The translations under genes and the position numbers were made by a program. Below are positions 51,208 through 64,000 of a stretch of 64,000 nt of DNA, piece after piece (within the stretch, counting starts at the first letter, position 1; each line of letters begins with the position of its first letter). The notes beneath the pieces are model-generated. The model was not told the origin of the DNA. It ran no database searches and saw only the letters and a list, made by a program, of their open reading frames with translations. This stretch comes from Squalus acanthias (lineage: Eukaryota), in the NCBI GenBank assembly GCA_030390025.1, contig CM059432.1, positions 42,596,001-42,660,000 of the forward strand. The letters are read 5' to 3'.

Positions 51208-52295
51208 AAAAGCAAAATACTGCGGATGCTGGAAATCTGAAATAAAAACAGAAAATGCTGGAAATACTCAGCAGGTCAGGCAGCATCTGTGGAGAGAGAA
51301 ACAGAGTTAACGTTTCAGGTCGATGACCCTTCGTCAGAACGTTCCACATTCAACGTATCATCTCCCGCCACCTCCAGCATGATCCCACCACCGAACACAT
51401 CTTCCCTTCCCCTCCCCTTTCAGCATTCCGAATGGACCGCTCCCTCTGCGACAACCTGGTCCACTCCTGTCACCCCCAACACCCCCTCCTCTTCCCACGG
51501 CACCTTCCCGTGCAAGCGCAGGAGATGCAACACCTGCCCTTTTACCTCCACCCTTCCCACTGACCATTGCCCCAAATACTGCTTCCAGGTGAAACAGCGA
51601 TTTACTTGCACTTCTTGCAATTTAGTATACTGTATACAGCTCACCTCTACATTGGGGAGACCAAATGCAGATTGGGTGACCGCTTTGCTGAACACCCCCA
51701 TTCAGTCTGTAAGTGTGACCCTGAGCTTTTGCTCGCCTGTCATTTTAATTCTCCGCTCCACTCCCACTCTGACCTCTCTGTCCTCGGCCTCTTACACTGT
51801 TCCAACGAAGCTCAACGTAAGCTCGAGGACCAGCACCTCATCTTTCGATTAGGCACTTTACAGCCTTTTGGACTCAATATCAAGTTCAACAATTTCAGAC
51901 CATAACCTCTGTCCCTATTTTTTCAGACGGCAGCTGTTGATGATTCTGCCATTCCTATTTACACCTCTTCTAGACCCATCTTTTTGTTTCTTTACTTGTC
52001 CCAATACCATCTCCTTTTGCTTTGTACAGTCATACCTTTTTGTCATTTAATCACTCCTGCCTTCCACCCTATCACAGACCTTTCCTTTTGTTCTTTCCTC
52101 CCCCTCCCCCTTTCCCTGCCCCTGCACTTGCTTAAAATCTGTTGCATCTCTAACTTTTTCCAGTTCTGACGAAAGGTCATCGACCTGAAACGTTAACTCG
52201 GTTTCTCTCTCCACAGGTGCTGCCTGACTTGCTGAGTATTTCCAGCATTTTCTGTTTTTACTTCAGATTTCCAGCATCTGCCGTATTTTGCTTTT
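51208..52295 (+). mobile_element. Penelope-like element, 5'-truncated, with inverted terminal repeat
   Basis: CKRRRCNTC and YIGETKCRLGDRFAEH (GIY-YIG); 51208-51340 is the reverse complement of 52163-52295. Confidence 0.92.
52162..52198 (+). ncRNA. Minimal type I hammerhead ribozyme motif
   Basis: AGTT-CTGACGA-A-AGGTC atc GACCT-GAAA-CGTT-AACT: core CUGANGA/GAAA, stem II, palindromic stem III, stem I AGUU/AACU. Confidence 0.75.
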
Positions 52296-52849
52296 ATCAA
52301 ATTGTTCCTTATTGGATGCCTGGTATTTGTTTTGGTAAGAGAAGTTCTTGTGTTTTGATATTGCTGTTCAATGCTGTAAGCATGTATTAAAGCTTTGGAA
52401 AGAAGATACATTCAGGCCAGTAATTTACAAAGCAATTTGCAGCCTTTGATGCAAGATGTTTATCAGTATGTAGGAATGTAAATTCACTACTCAGCTGGGC
52501 TGTTAGAGCACTATACTGCAAGAGAGCGTTCAGTCTTTGTGGGAAAGGGCTAAATTTAGAATTGACAATTACAGAGTGGCATGACCAGTACTGACCTATT
52601 GAAGTACTTCTTCTCTTGGCACAAACTGGGAGCGGCCAGATGGACCATAATGGTATTTTCTGGCCCTGTACATTCCTATGTTAGTATAAAACAGAATAGT
52701 ATCTCTGTAAGTCCATATCCCAGTGCCTTCTGCCTTCACAACTGATAGGGAAAGTGAGATGGTTGGAGGCTTCAGAAAGAGATTCAAATGAAGAAAAAGG
52801 AGAAGGGTGTAAGCATATAAATTACTTGAATCAGACATGCTTCTTGACT

Positions 52850-52947
52850 AACAACAGAAAACGCTGGAAAAACTCAGCAGGCCAGGCGACATCCGTGGAG
52901 AGAGAAACAGAGTTAACGTTTCAGGTCGAAACCCTTCGTCGGAACTC
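52850..52947 (-). mobile_element. Penelope terminal repeat fragment with mutated hammerhead (CCGACGA)
   Basis: Reverse complement of ~42762-42860. Confidence 0.82.
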
Positions 52948-53393
52948 TTGACTGATGGCCAATTTAAGTTCTGAAATTAACATATGATTTTATTATCCAG
53001 ATTTATGCTGACTTGCATATATGTACAAAATTTTTGACTAAATTACATTTTACACAAGCACAGATTGTTTATACACTTAGTTCCAACTGTATGTGTTAAT
53101 ATTTTTAGTAATGTGTTCATGTTTCAGTAATATTCAACTATAATAAATTAGCATAAAGATAGCATTTAGTGAGACCTCAGATGGCTCAGAAATTTGAATC
53201 CATGACCTTTCACTGGTATGACCTATGTACGCTTAAACCTGTAATCTTCACACTTGGCAAAGGTGCAAGGTGTTTTAAGCTCAAAAGAGGCAGCTGTAGG
53301 GTTGCCAACTCTAGTTGGAGGTATTCCTGGAGGTTTGATCATGTGACATCTGACGATGTGACATCTGACCACGTGATGTCTGCAAATGTTAAT

Positions 53394-54228
53394 GGCCCGT
53401 AATTTCCGATAGGAGGCTTCCTGCATGCGGATGCCTCCTATCGGAAAAAAAATCTATGAACTTACCTGAGGGCTCCCGAGGTCTTCCGCTCCTTGGCCTG
53501 TCCACAGTCGAAATGTGCAGGGCCCACGTATCCCAGGGGCGCATGCAGTTCGCAAGCGTCCCTGGGATTATGTGGGCCAGGCCAGCCAATAGGAGAAGGG
53601 AATCTCCCTTCATACTTTTGACAGATAGACCTGACGAAAGGTCATCGACCTGAAACGTTAACTCTGTTTCTTCACAGATGCTGCCTGACCTGCTGAGTGG
53701 CTCCAGCATTTTCTGTTTTTATTTCAGATTTCCAGCATCTGCAGTATTTTCTTTTTGTCAAATATATGAATGGAGATCACCCCAAAAAGACACTAAAACA
53801 TTAAATACATTTTTAAAAAACCATCACGTATTTAAAATGAGTTAAAATTACATTAAATTCAATATTTTAAACAAAAATTTAATTTTTTGAAAAAAAGAAT
53901 TAAAGCTTTTTACGGGGTTAAAAATAAACTTACCTTTTTAAAAGTATTTTTAAATTATAAATGAGTGAAAAATATATATTTTTTTTACTTTTTTCAACTC
54001 TTATGCTCGTAAAAGCAGGCCGTACACCTGCTTTTACCAGGCGTAAGATTTCTAAGGGTTTTCAGCGGGCGGGAGTTATGCAGAAAGCGGAACTCTCCAC
54101 CCGCAGAGGCCCTTCTCCAGGGCAGGCGGCGATCTGTCTAGAGCATTCAGCGCAAACCGGCATTTCCGATGTCCCTACGGATGTGTACACAGCGCGTACA
54201 CACCCGTAGGCATTGGAAAATACGGGCC
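53394..54228. mobile_element. Non-autonomous Harbinger related to 20550-25067, carrying a nested Penelope terminal fragment (~53630-53756)
   Basis: TIRs GGCCCGTAATTTCC / GGAAAATACGGGCC; subterminal CGTACACACCCGTAGG shared with the full-length element; flanks AAT/ATT. Confidence 0.85.
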
Positions 54229-54600
54229 ATTGCATTTACCGAAAAAAAAAGTTGGTTCCCCTGTAGTTGACTACCTTTGCTCATCGCTTAGCCCCAGTAG
54301 CTGTTGTGCAAGAAGTTCTGAGAACTAGGAGGCAGGTAAAGAAGGGAAACCGAGTGCGGCGAAGAGAGGTAATGAATGTGGGGCAGGGATTCGCAGGGGC
54401 AAACCAGAAGTGGGAAGAACTTTGACTCCACCAGTCGTCAATAGTAACACACTGAAATTGCACTGATAACAAATACGAATACCGGTAGCACTTACATTCC
54501 CTTCATAACCAACAGTAATACAATAACTTACTGATAGTCTATACGTAACTGGTAGTAATAGGTGTAATGCCCCAATATCCTACCTATAATTAGTATAATC

Positions 54601-57600
54601 GGAGTGGCTGCAGGGCATTCTGGAGGGGGAGGGTGAACAGCCAGTTGTCATGGTGCATATAGGTACCAACGATATAGGTAAAAAATGGGATGAGGTCCTA
54701 AAAGCTGAATATAGGGAGTTAGGAGGTAAATTAAAAAATAGGACCTCAAAAGTAGTAATCTCAGGATTGCTACCAGTGCCACGTGCTAGTCAGAGTAGAA
54801 ATAGAAGGATATTTCAGATGAATACGTGGCTAGAGGAATGGTGCAAGGAGGAGGGATTCAAATTCCTGGGACATTGGAACCGGTTCTGGGGGAGGTGGGA
54901 CCAGTACAAACTGGACGGTTTGCACCTGGGTAGGACCGGGACCGATGTCCTAGGGGGAGTGATTGTTAGTGCTGTTGGGTAGGGTTTAAACTAAAATGGC
55001 AGGGGGTCGGGAACCTGTGCAGGGAGACAGAGGAAAGGGAAGCAAGGATAGAAGCAAAAGACAGGAAGGAGAAAAGCAAAAGTGGAAGTCAGAGAAATCA
55101 AGGGTGTAAATCAAACATGGCCACAGTAAAAAATAATTCTAAAAGGTGTAAGAGTGTTAAAAAAACAAGCCTGAAGGCTTTGTGTCTTAATGCGAGGAGC
55201 ATTCGTAATAAGGTGGATGAATTAGCTGCGCAAATAGATGTAAACGGATATGATATAATTGGGATTACGGAGACATGGCTCCAGGGTGACCAAGGCTGGG
55301 AATTCAAAATCCAGGGGTATTCAATATTCAGGAAGGACAGGCAAAAAGGAAAAGGAGGTGGGGTAGCATTGCTGGTTAAAGAGGAGATTAACACAATAGT
55401 AAGGAAGGATATTAGCTCTGATGATGTGGAATCTGTATGGGTAGAGCTGAGAAATACCAAGGGGCAGAAAACATTAGTGGGAGTTGTATACAGACCCCCA
55501 AACAGTAATGCTGAGGTTGGGGATGGCATTAAATGGGAAATTAGAGACGCGTGCAATTGGGGCACAGCAGTTATCATGGGTGACTTTAATCTACATATAG
55601 ATTGGGCTAACCAAATTAGTAACAATACTGTGGAGGAGGAATTCCTAGAGTGTATACGGGATGGTTTCCTGGACCAATATGTAGAGGAACCAACTAGAGA
55701 TCAGCCCATCTTAGACTGGGTATTATGTAATGAGAAAGGATTAATTAGCAGTCTTGTTGTGCGAGGCCCCTTGGGGAGGAGCGATCATAATATGATAGAA
55801 TTCTTCATTAAGGTGGAGAGTAAAGTAGTTGACTCAGAGACTAGGGTCCTGAATTTAAATAAAGGAAACTACGATGGTATGAGGCGCGAGTTGGCTAGGA
55901 TGGATTGGGGAACGTTACTTAAAGGGTTGACGGTGGATAGAGAATGGCAAACATTTAAAGATCGCATGGATGAACTACAGAATTTGTTCATCCCTGTTTG
56001 GCATAAAAATAAAACAAAAAGGGTGACTCAACCGTGGCTAACAAAGGAAATTAGGGATAGCATAAGATCCAAGGAGAGGTCATATAAATTGGCCAGAAAA
56101 AGCAGCAAACCTGAGGATTGGGAGCACTTTAGGATTCAGCAAAGGAGGACAAAGGGATTAATTAAGAGGGGGAAAATGGAATATGAGAGTAAGCTTCAAG
56201 GAACATAAAAACTGACTGTAAAAGCTTCTATAGCTATGTGAAGAGAAAAAGATTGGTGAAGTCAAGCGTAGGTCCCTTGCAGTCAGAATCAGGGGAATTT
56301 ATAATGGGGAACAAAGAAATGGCAGACCAATTAAATACATACTTTGGTTCTGTCTTCACAAAGGAGGACACAAATAACCTCCCAGAGATGTCGGGGAACA
56401 TAGGGTCTAATGAGAGGGAGGAACTGAATGAAATCAGTATTTGTAGGGAAATGGTGTTAGGGAAACTGATGGGATTGAAGGCCAATAAATCCCTAGGGCC
56501 TGATAATCGACATCCGAGGGTACTTAAGGAAGTGGCCCTAGAAATAGTAGATGCATTGCTGGTCATCTTCCAAAATTCTATAGACTCTGGAACAGTTCCC
56601 ATGGATTGGAGGGTAGCTAATGTAACTCCACTATTTAAAAAAGGTGGTAGAGAGAAAATGGGGAATTATAGACCGGTAAGCCTGACATCGGTAGTGGGGA
56701 AAATGCTAGAGTCCATTATAAAAGATGTAATAGCAAAGCACTTGGAAAACAGTGACAGGATCGGACAAAGTCAACATGGATTTACAAAAGGTAAATCAGG
56801 CTTGACTAATCTACTGGAATTTTTTGAGGATGTAACTGGTAAAATAGATAAGGGAGAACCAGTGGATGTGGTGTATTTGGAATTTCAGAAGGCTTTCGAT
56901 AAGGTCCCGCATAAGAGATTAGCGTGCAAAGTTAAAGCACATGGGATTGGGGGTAAGGTACTGACTTGGATAGAGAACTGGTTGGCAGACAGGAAGCAAA
57001 GAGTTGGAATAAACTGGTCTTTTTCCGAGTGGCAGGCAGTAACTAGTGGGGTACCGCAGGGATCGGTGCTAGGACCCCAGTTATTCACTATATATATATT
57101 AATGATCTAGACGAGGGAACGAGATGTAATATCTCCAAGTTTGCAGACGACACAAAGCTGGGTGGGCGTGTGTGCTGTGAGGAGGATGCAGAGAAACTGC
57201 AGTATGATTTGGACAGGTTGGGTGATTGGGCAGATGCATGGCAGATGCAGTATAATGTGGATAAATGCGAGGTTATCCACTTTGGTGGCAAGAACAGGAA
57301 GGCAGATTATTATCTGAACGGCAATAGATTGGGAAAAGGGGAAATGGAACGAGACCTGGGTGTCCTTGTGCACCAGTCGCTGAAGGTAAGCATGCAGGTG
57401 CAGCAGGCGGTTAAGAAGGCAAATGGTATGTTGGCCTTCATAGCGAGAGGATTCGAGTACAGGAGCAAGGATGTCTTGCTGCAGTTGTACAGGGCCTTGG
57501 TGAGACCACACCTTGAGTATTGTGTGCAGTTTTGGTCACCTTATCTGAGGAAGGATGTTCTTGCCATGGAGGGAGTGCAGCGAAGATTCACCAGACTGAT

Positions 57601-58066
57601 ACCTGGGATGGCAGGAATGACGTATGAAGAGAGATTGGGTCAATTAGGCTTATATTCGCTAGAGTTTAGAAGAATGAGCAGGGATCTCATTGAAACTTAC
57701 AAAATTCTAACAGGACTAGACAGACTAGATGCAGGAAGGATGTTCCCGATGGCGGGGGAGTCCAGAACCAGGGGTCACAGTCTAAGGATAAGGGGTAAGC
57801 CATTTAGGACTGAGATGAGGAGGAATTTCTTCACCCAGAGAGTGGTGAACCTGTGGAATTCTCTACCACAGAAGGCAGTTGAGGCCAATTCATTAAATAT
57901 ATTCAAGAAGGAGTTAGATATATTTCTTAAGGCTAAAGGGATCAAGGGATATGGGGAGAAAGCAGGGACAGGGTACTGAATTTGGATGATCAGCCATGAT
58001 CTCATTAAATGGCGGAACAGGCTCGAGGGGCCGAATGGCCTACTCCTGCTCCTATCTTCTATGTTT
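54601..58066 (+). mobile_element. CR1 LINE: ORF1 esterase C-terminus and complete ORF2 in three frames
   Basis: ORFs 54650-54982, 55117-56208, 56238-57110, 57170-57979; same subfamily as 33061-37140. Confidence 0.97.
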
Positions 58067-58194
58067 CGAGTAGAATAAGCCGCTGATACACAGCCTTTAA
58101 CGACAGCCAGAACTCCCCCTGCATTGTACAAGGTGTGGTCAGGCTCCCCAATCGATGCCACTTTTAACAGGCCCCATCTCCGTATCACGGCTGC

Positions 58195-59710
58195 ATTTAA
58201 TGCCCATCACTAGTTGTTTTGAGAAGGCAGTGGGCATCAATTGCTTGCATAACTAAGTGGCTTGCTAGTCCACTTCAAAGTGTTAATCATGTGATAGGCT
58301 AGGATTGGCAAGACTGGATAGGATTGGCAAGTTCCTGTTCTGGAAAGATATTAGTGCACTAGTGGGATTTTTTGACAATCAACAACAACTTGTATTTATA
58401 TAGCGCCTTTAACGTAGTAAAACGTCCCAAGGCGCTGCACGGGAGTATTTTAAGACAAAGAATTTGACACTGAGCCACATAAGGAGAAATTAGGGCAGGT
58501 GACCAAAAGCTTGGTCAAAGAGATAGGTTTTAAGGAGCGTCCTTTAAGGGCGGGGGGGGTGTGGGTTGTGGGGCTGAAGGAGAATACAGAGATAGGAAGG
58601 GGCGAGGTCATAGAGGGATTTGTAAACAAGGATGATCATTTTAAAATCGAGGCGTTGCTTATCCGGGAGCCAATGTAGGTCAGCGAGCACAGGGGAGATG
58701 GGCGAACGGGACTTGGTGCGAGTTTGGACACGGGCAGCCGAGTTTTGGATGACCTCAAGTTTACGTAAGGTGGAATGTGGGAGGCCAGCCAGGAGTGCGT
58801 TGGAATAGTCAAGTCTGGAGGTAACAAAGGCATGGATGAGGGTTTCAGCAGCGGATGAGCTGAGGCAAGGGTGGAGAGGGGCGATGTTACGGAGGTGGAA
58901 GTAGGCGGTCTTTGTTATGCTGCGGATATGTGGTCGGAAGCTCATTTCAGGGTCAAATATGACACCAAGGTTGCTAACAGTGTGGTTCAGCCTCATACAG
59001 ATGTTAGGGAGAGAGATGAAGTCAGTGGCTAGGGAACAGAGTTTGTCGGGGGGAACAAAAACAATGGCTTCGGTCTTCCCAGTATTTAATTGGAGAAAAT
59101 TTTTGCTCATCCAGAACTGGATGTCGGACAAGCAGTCTGACAACTTAGAGACCATGGAGGGGTCGAGAGAAGAGGTAGTGAGGTAGAGCTGGGTGTCGTC
59201 AGCGTACATGTGGAAACTGATGCTGTGTTTTCAGATGATGTCGCCAAGGGGCAACATGTAGATGAGAAATAGGAGGCGGCCAAGGATAGATCCTTGGGGG
59301 ACACCAGAGGTAACGATGCGGGAGCAGGAAGAGAAACCGTTGCAGGTGATTCTCTGGCTACGATTAGATAGATAAGAATGGAACCAGGCGAGTGCAGTCC
59401 CACCCAGCTGGACGACGGTGGAGAGGCGTTGGAGAAGGATGGAGTGGTCAACCATGTCAAAGGTTGCAGACAAGTCAAGAAGGACGAGGAGGGATAATTT
59501 ACCTTTGTCACAGTCGCAAAGGATGTCATTTGTGACTTTCATGAGAGCCGTTTCGGTACTGTGGCAAAGGCTGTGACAATCAGAGAGGTTTCATGGTCGG
59601 TCATTTTTTCTGACACTAGCCACAATTTACCAGATTCATTGAATTCAATTTTGACAACCTGCCAATATATAATTTGAACTCAGGACTACTGGGTTGTTCG
59701 CCCAGTTGCA
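58195..59710 (-). mobile_element. Old SINE made of head, 5'UTR and tail of the tRNA-headed LINE, split by an L2 insertion
   Basis: 59574-59710 and 58195-58380 match (reverse complement) 28330-28610 and the AGGGATGGGC-type tail. Confidence 0.6.
58381..59573 (-). mobile_element. L2 LINE 3' fragment with TSD
   Basis: ORFs 58544-59209 (YADDTQLY) and 59231-59542; (AAC)n tail; TSD TGACAATC at 58373-58380 and 59574-59581. Confidence 0.95.
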
Positions 59711-60199
59711 AAGAAATTAAACAAAGCTTCCAAACTCACATGAGCACCCAAAGATTCTCATTCGCATCAATGACTTACAATGCACTGCTGGACAAAAAGT
59801 TGTTTTGAATGGTGGAGTAAAACAGCAGCAGTACAACATACCATCGTAGCACTCTTAATGCACATAAAGCCATTTAGTGCCATTTATAAGAGCCTAGAAT
59901 GTACCTAGTGTTGCCTCAGGGAGCAAGTGCTTTCAGAGACCATGCTCCATACACCTCTACTTCAGGGACTTCAGGAGTACCAAGATGATGGTTAAAAGTA
60001 GGGGTGGAATTCATGAATTGAAGGTTAGGGAAGCTGTTGTGATGTTACTGCAGAAAAAATTGTTGACAATTGCAGGGGAGTATAATAAGGGAATTATTTC
60101 TGAATCAGAATTATGGGTGCCTCATATTCATGATAAATACTGCATGTGGTTTTCATTACCTGTCCTGAATGACAGCAATTTACTTTTATCCTCTCCATT

Positions 60200-60490
60200 A
60201 GGCCGAGGGGTGACCTAATAGAGTTCTTTATAATTATGAAAGGTTTATATAGAGTAGACAGAGAGAGTGTTTACACTTGTGAGGAAGAGATAAACTAGAG
60301 GCCATCAATATAAGATAGCCACCAAGAAATCAAATAGGGATTTCAGGAGAAACTTCTTTACTCAGAATGTGGTGAGAATGTGGAACTCGCTACCACAGGG
60401 AATAGTTGAGGCGAATAGAATAGATGCATTTAAGGGGAAGCTAAATAAGCATATGAAGGAGAAGGGAGTAGAGGGTTATGCTGTTAGAGT
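60200..60490 (+). mobile_element. Diverged CR1 3' fragment
   Basis: AGGGGTGACCTAATAGAG..AGAAACTTCTTTACTCAG..TGGAACTCGCTACC. Confidence 0.8.
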
Positions 60491-60867
60491 GCATCTTCGT
60501 GCTGCCTGGGCATTAGCATGATTTCTGCGTACGGCCAGAGGTAACCACGCTTTTGTTTGGCTGCACGCATTAGCAGGGGGCCCAAAATTGATACTTGCGA
60601 GCACTACTTAAAGCTAGCCTGCACCTCTTAAAAGGGAGGTGCATTTTGGCTGGAGCAGGTGCTGGGAGTCCTTTGTGAACTGAATCTGACCTGGGAAAGA
60701 GAACGGCTGAACATGCGAGAAAGCGGGCACCCAGGTTTCCGATGCTGCAATGGAGGTCTTGGTAGAGGAGGTGGAAAGGAAGGGAGACCTCCTTTATTGC
60801 ATGGGGCCAGGAGGCCCTCCAGACGCACGGTGAAAAGGCAGTGGAGCAGATAGCCGCGGAGGTCAAT
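60490..60867 (+). pseudogene. Harbinger Myb/SANT-like gene relic truncated by a LINE
   Basis: Frameshifted RAPRF.DAAMEVLVEEVERKGDLLY..GARRPSRRTVKRQW.QIAAEVN. Confidence 0.7.
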
Positions 60868-63800
60868 TTTGTTTTTAATTCGCTCTTGAGATGTGAGCGT
60901 CGCTGGCAAGGGCAGCATTTATTGCCCATCCTTAATAGCCCTTGATAAGGTGGTGGTGAGCCACCGCTGCAGTCCCTGTGGTGAAGGTACTCCCAAAGTG
61001 CTGTTATGGAGGGAGTTCCAGGATTTTGACCCAGTGATGATGAAGGGACGACGATATATTTCCAAGTCAGAATGGTGTGTGACTTGGAGGGGAACTTGGA
61101 GGTGATGGTGTTCCCAGGCGCCTGCTGCCCTTATCCTTCTAGGTGATAGAGGTCACGGGTTTGGGAGGTGCTGTCGAAGAAGCCTTGGCAAGTTGCTGCA
61201 GTGCATCTTGTAGATGGTACACACTGCTGCCATGACGCGCTGGTGGTGGAGGCAGTGAATGTTTAAGGTGGTGGATGGGGTGCCAATCAAGTGGGCTGCT
61301 TTGTCCTGGATGGTCTCGAGCTTCTGGAGTGTTGTTGGAGCTGCACACATCCGGGCAAGTAGAGAGTAATCCATCGCACTCCTGACTTGTGCCTTGTAGA
61401 TGGTGGAAATGCTTTGGGGAGTCAGGAGGTGAGACACTCGCCGCAGAATACCTAGCCTCTGACCTGCTCTTGTTGCCACAGTACTTACGTGGCTAGTCCA
61501 GTTAAGTTACTGGTGAATGGTGACCCCAGGATGTTGATGGTGGGGGATTCAGCGATGGTAATGCTGTTGAATGTCAAGGGGCAGTGGTTAGATTCTCTCT
61601 TGTTGGAGATAGTCATTGCCTGGCACTTCTGTGGCGCGAATGTTACCTGCCACTTATCAGTCCAAGCCTGAATGTCGTCCAGGTCTTGCTGCATGTGGGC
61701 ATGGAATGCTTCATTATCTGAGGAGTTGCGAATGGAACTGAATACGGTGCAATCAGCGAACATCCCCACTACTGACATTATGATGGATGGAAGGTCATTG
61801 ATGAAGCAGCTGAAGATGGTTTGGCCTAGGACACTGCCCTGAGGAATTCCTGCAACACTGTCCTGTGGCTGAGATGATTGACCTCCAACAACCACAACCA
61901 TCTTCCTTTGTGCTAGGTATGACTCTAGCCAGTGGAGGGTTTGCCCCCGATTCCCATTGACTTCAATTTTACTAGGGCTCCTTGATGCCACACTCAGTCA
62001 AATGCTGCCTTGATGTCAAGGGCAGTCGTTTTCACCTCACCTCTGGAATTCAGCTCTTTTGTCCATGTTTGGAGCAAGGCTGTAATGAAGTCTGGAGCTG
62101 AGTGGTCCTAGCGGAACGCAAACTGAGCATCGATGAGCAGGTTATTGGTGAGTAAGTGCCGCTTGATAGCACTGTCGACGACACCTTCCATCACTTTGCT
62201 GATAATTGAGAGTAGACTGATGGGGCGGTAATTGGCCGGAGTGTGTTTATCCTGTTTTTTGTGGACAGGACATACCTGGGCGGTTTTTCACATTGTCGGA
62301 TAGATGCCAGTGTTATAGCTGTACTGGAACAGCTTGGCTAGAGGCGCGGCTAGTTCTGGAGCACAAGTCTTCAGCACGACAGGCGGAATGTTGTCAGGGC
62401 CCATAGCCTTTGCTCTATCCAGTGCACTCAGCCATTTCTTGATATCACGTGGAGTGAATCGAATTAGCTGAAGATTGGCTTCTGTGATGGTGGGGACCTC
62501 AGGAGGAGGTCGAGATGGATCATCCACTTGGCACTTCTGGCTGAAGATGGTTGCAAACGCTTCAGTCTTGCCTTTTGTACTTGTATGCTGGGCTCCGCCA
62601 TCATTGAGGTTGGGATGTTCATGGAGCCTCTTCCTCCTGTTAGTTGTTTAATTGTCCACCACCATTCACGACGGATGTGGCAGGAATGCAGAGCTTTGAT
62701 CTGATCTGTTGGTTGTGACATCGCTTAGCTCTGTCTATAGCATGTTGCTTCCGCTGTTTAGCATGCATGTAGTCCTGTGTTGCAGCTTCTCCAAGTTGGC
62801 ACCTCATTTTAGGCACACTTGGTGCTGCTCCTTCTACACTCCTTATTGAACCAGTGTTGGTCCCCTGGTTTGATGGTAATGGTAGAGTGAGGGATATGCC
62901 GGGCCATGAGGTTACAGATTGTGGTGGAATATAATTCTGCTGCTGCTGATGGCCCACAGCGCCTCATTGATGCCCAGTTTTGAACTGCTAGATCTGTTCT
63001 GAATCTATCCCATTTAGCACAGTGGTAGTGCCACACAACACGATGGAGGGTGTCCTCCGTGTGAAGACAGGATTTCGTCTCCACAAGGCTTGTGCGGTGG
63101 TCACTGCTACCAATACTGTCATGGACAGATGCATCTGCCACGGAGATTGGTGAGGACGAGGTCAAGTAAGTTTTTCCCTCATGTTGGCTCTCTCACCACC
63201 TGCCGCAGGCCCAGACTGGCAGCTATGTCCTTCAGGACTCGGCCAGCTCGGTCAGTTGTGGTGCTACCGAAGCACTCTTAGTGATGGACATTGAAGTCCC
63301 CCACCCACAGTACATTCTGTGCCCTTGCTACCGTCAGTGCTTCTTAACATGGAGGAGTACTGATTCATCAGCTGAGGGACGGCGGTAGGTAGTCATCAGC
63401 AGGAGGTTTTCTTGCCCATGCTTGATCTGAAACCATGAGACTTCATGAGGTCCGGAGTCAATGTTGAGGACACCCAGGGCCACTCCTTCCCGACTGTATA
63501 CCACTGTGCCGCCACCTCTGGTGGGTCTGTCCTGCTGGTGGGACAGGACATACCCAGGGATGGTGATGGAGGATTCTGGGACGTTGGCTGAAAGGTGTGA
63601 TTCTGTGAGTATGACTATGTCAGGCTGTTGCTTGACTGGTCTGTGGGACAGCTCTCCCAATTTTGGCACAAGTCCCCAGATGTTAGTGAGGAGGGCTTTG
63701 CAGAGTCTACTGGGCTGCATGTGCCTTTGTCATGTCCGTAGCCAGTGCCTAGGTCGATGCCGGCTGGCCGGCCGGTTTTTATATAATTATTGTTTTTCGT

Positions 63801-64000
63801 AGCGGTTTGGTACAACTGAGTGGCTGGCTAGGCCTTTTCAGAGGGCAAATCAGAGTCAACCACATTGCTGTGGCTCTGGAGTCACATATATCTCAGACCA
63901 GGTAAGTACGGCAGATTTCCTTCCCTAAAGGACATTAGTGAAGCAGATGGGTTTTTACGACAATCCAGTAGTTTCATGGTTACCATTACTGATACTAGCT
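60868..64000 (-). mobile_element. Second copy of the single-ORF tRNA-headed LINE (5' head runs off the window)
   Basis: ORFs 63334-63720 (EN) to 61153-61479; 63760-64000 matches 28433-28670. Confidence 0.92.

Overview
Eukaryotic, repeat-dominated window, most likely from a cartilaginous fish (inferred from the repeat families present, not proven). No intact host protein-coding gene can be supported. Most long ORFs are pieces of non-LTR retrotransposons: several CR1 subfamilies (one near full length with ORF1 and ORF2), L2, a single-ORF LINE that starts with a tRNA-like head, and Penelope-like fragments carrying minimal hammerhead ribozyme motifs. The window also holds Deu-domain-like tRNA SINEs, a complete but decayed 4.5 kb PIF/Harbinger transposon (DDE transposase plus spliced Myb/SANT-like gene), at least five Harbinger-type MITEs, a possible long retroviral LTR with an adjacent ORF, and a CpG-rich promoter-like segment at about 25.7-26.1 kb. 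The most notable observations: (1) two related but different Harbinger MITEs sit in opposite orientation at the identical nucleotide of two separate CR1 copies, pointing to sequence-specific targeting; (2) a tRNA-headed LINE without ORF1 occurs together with its head-plus-tail SINE derivative; (3) an LTR with a foamy-virus-like layout; (4) six Penelope hammerhead copies; (5) local inverted duplications.
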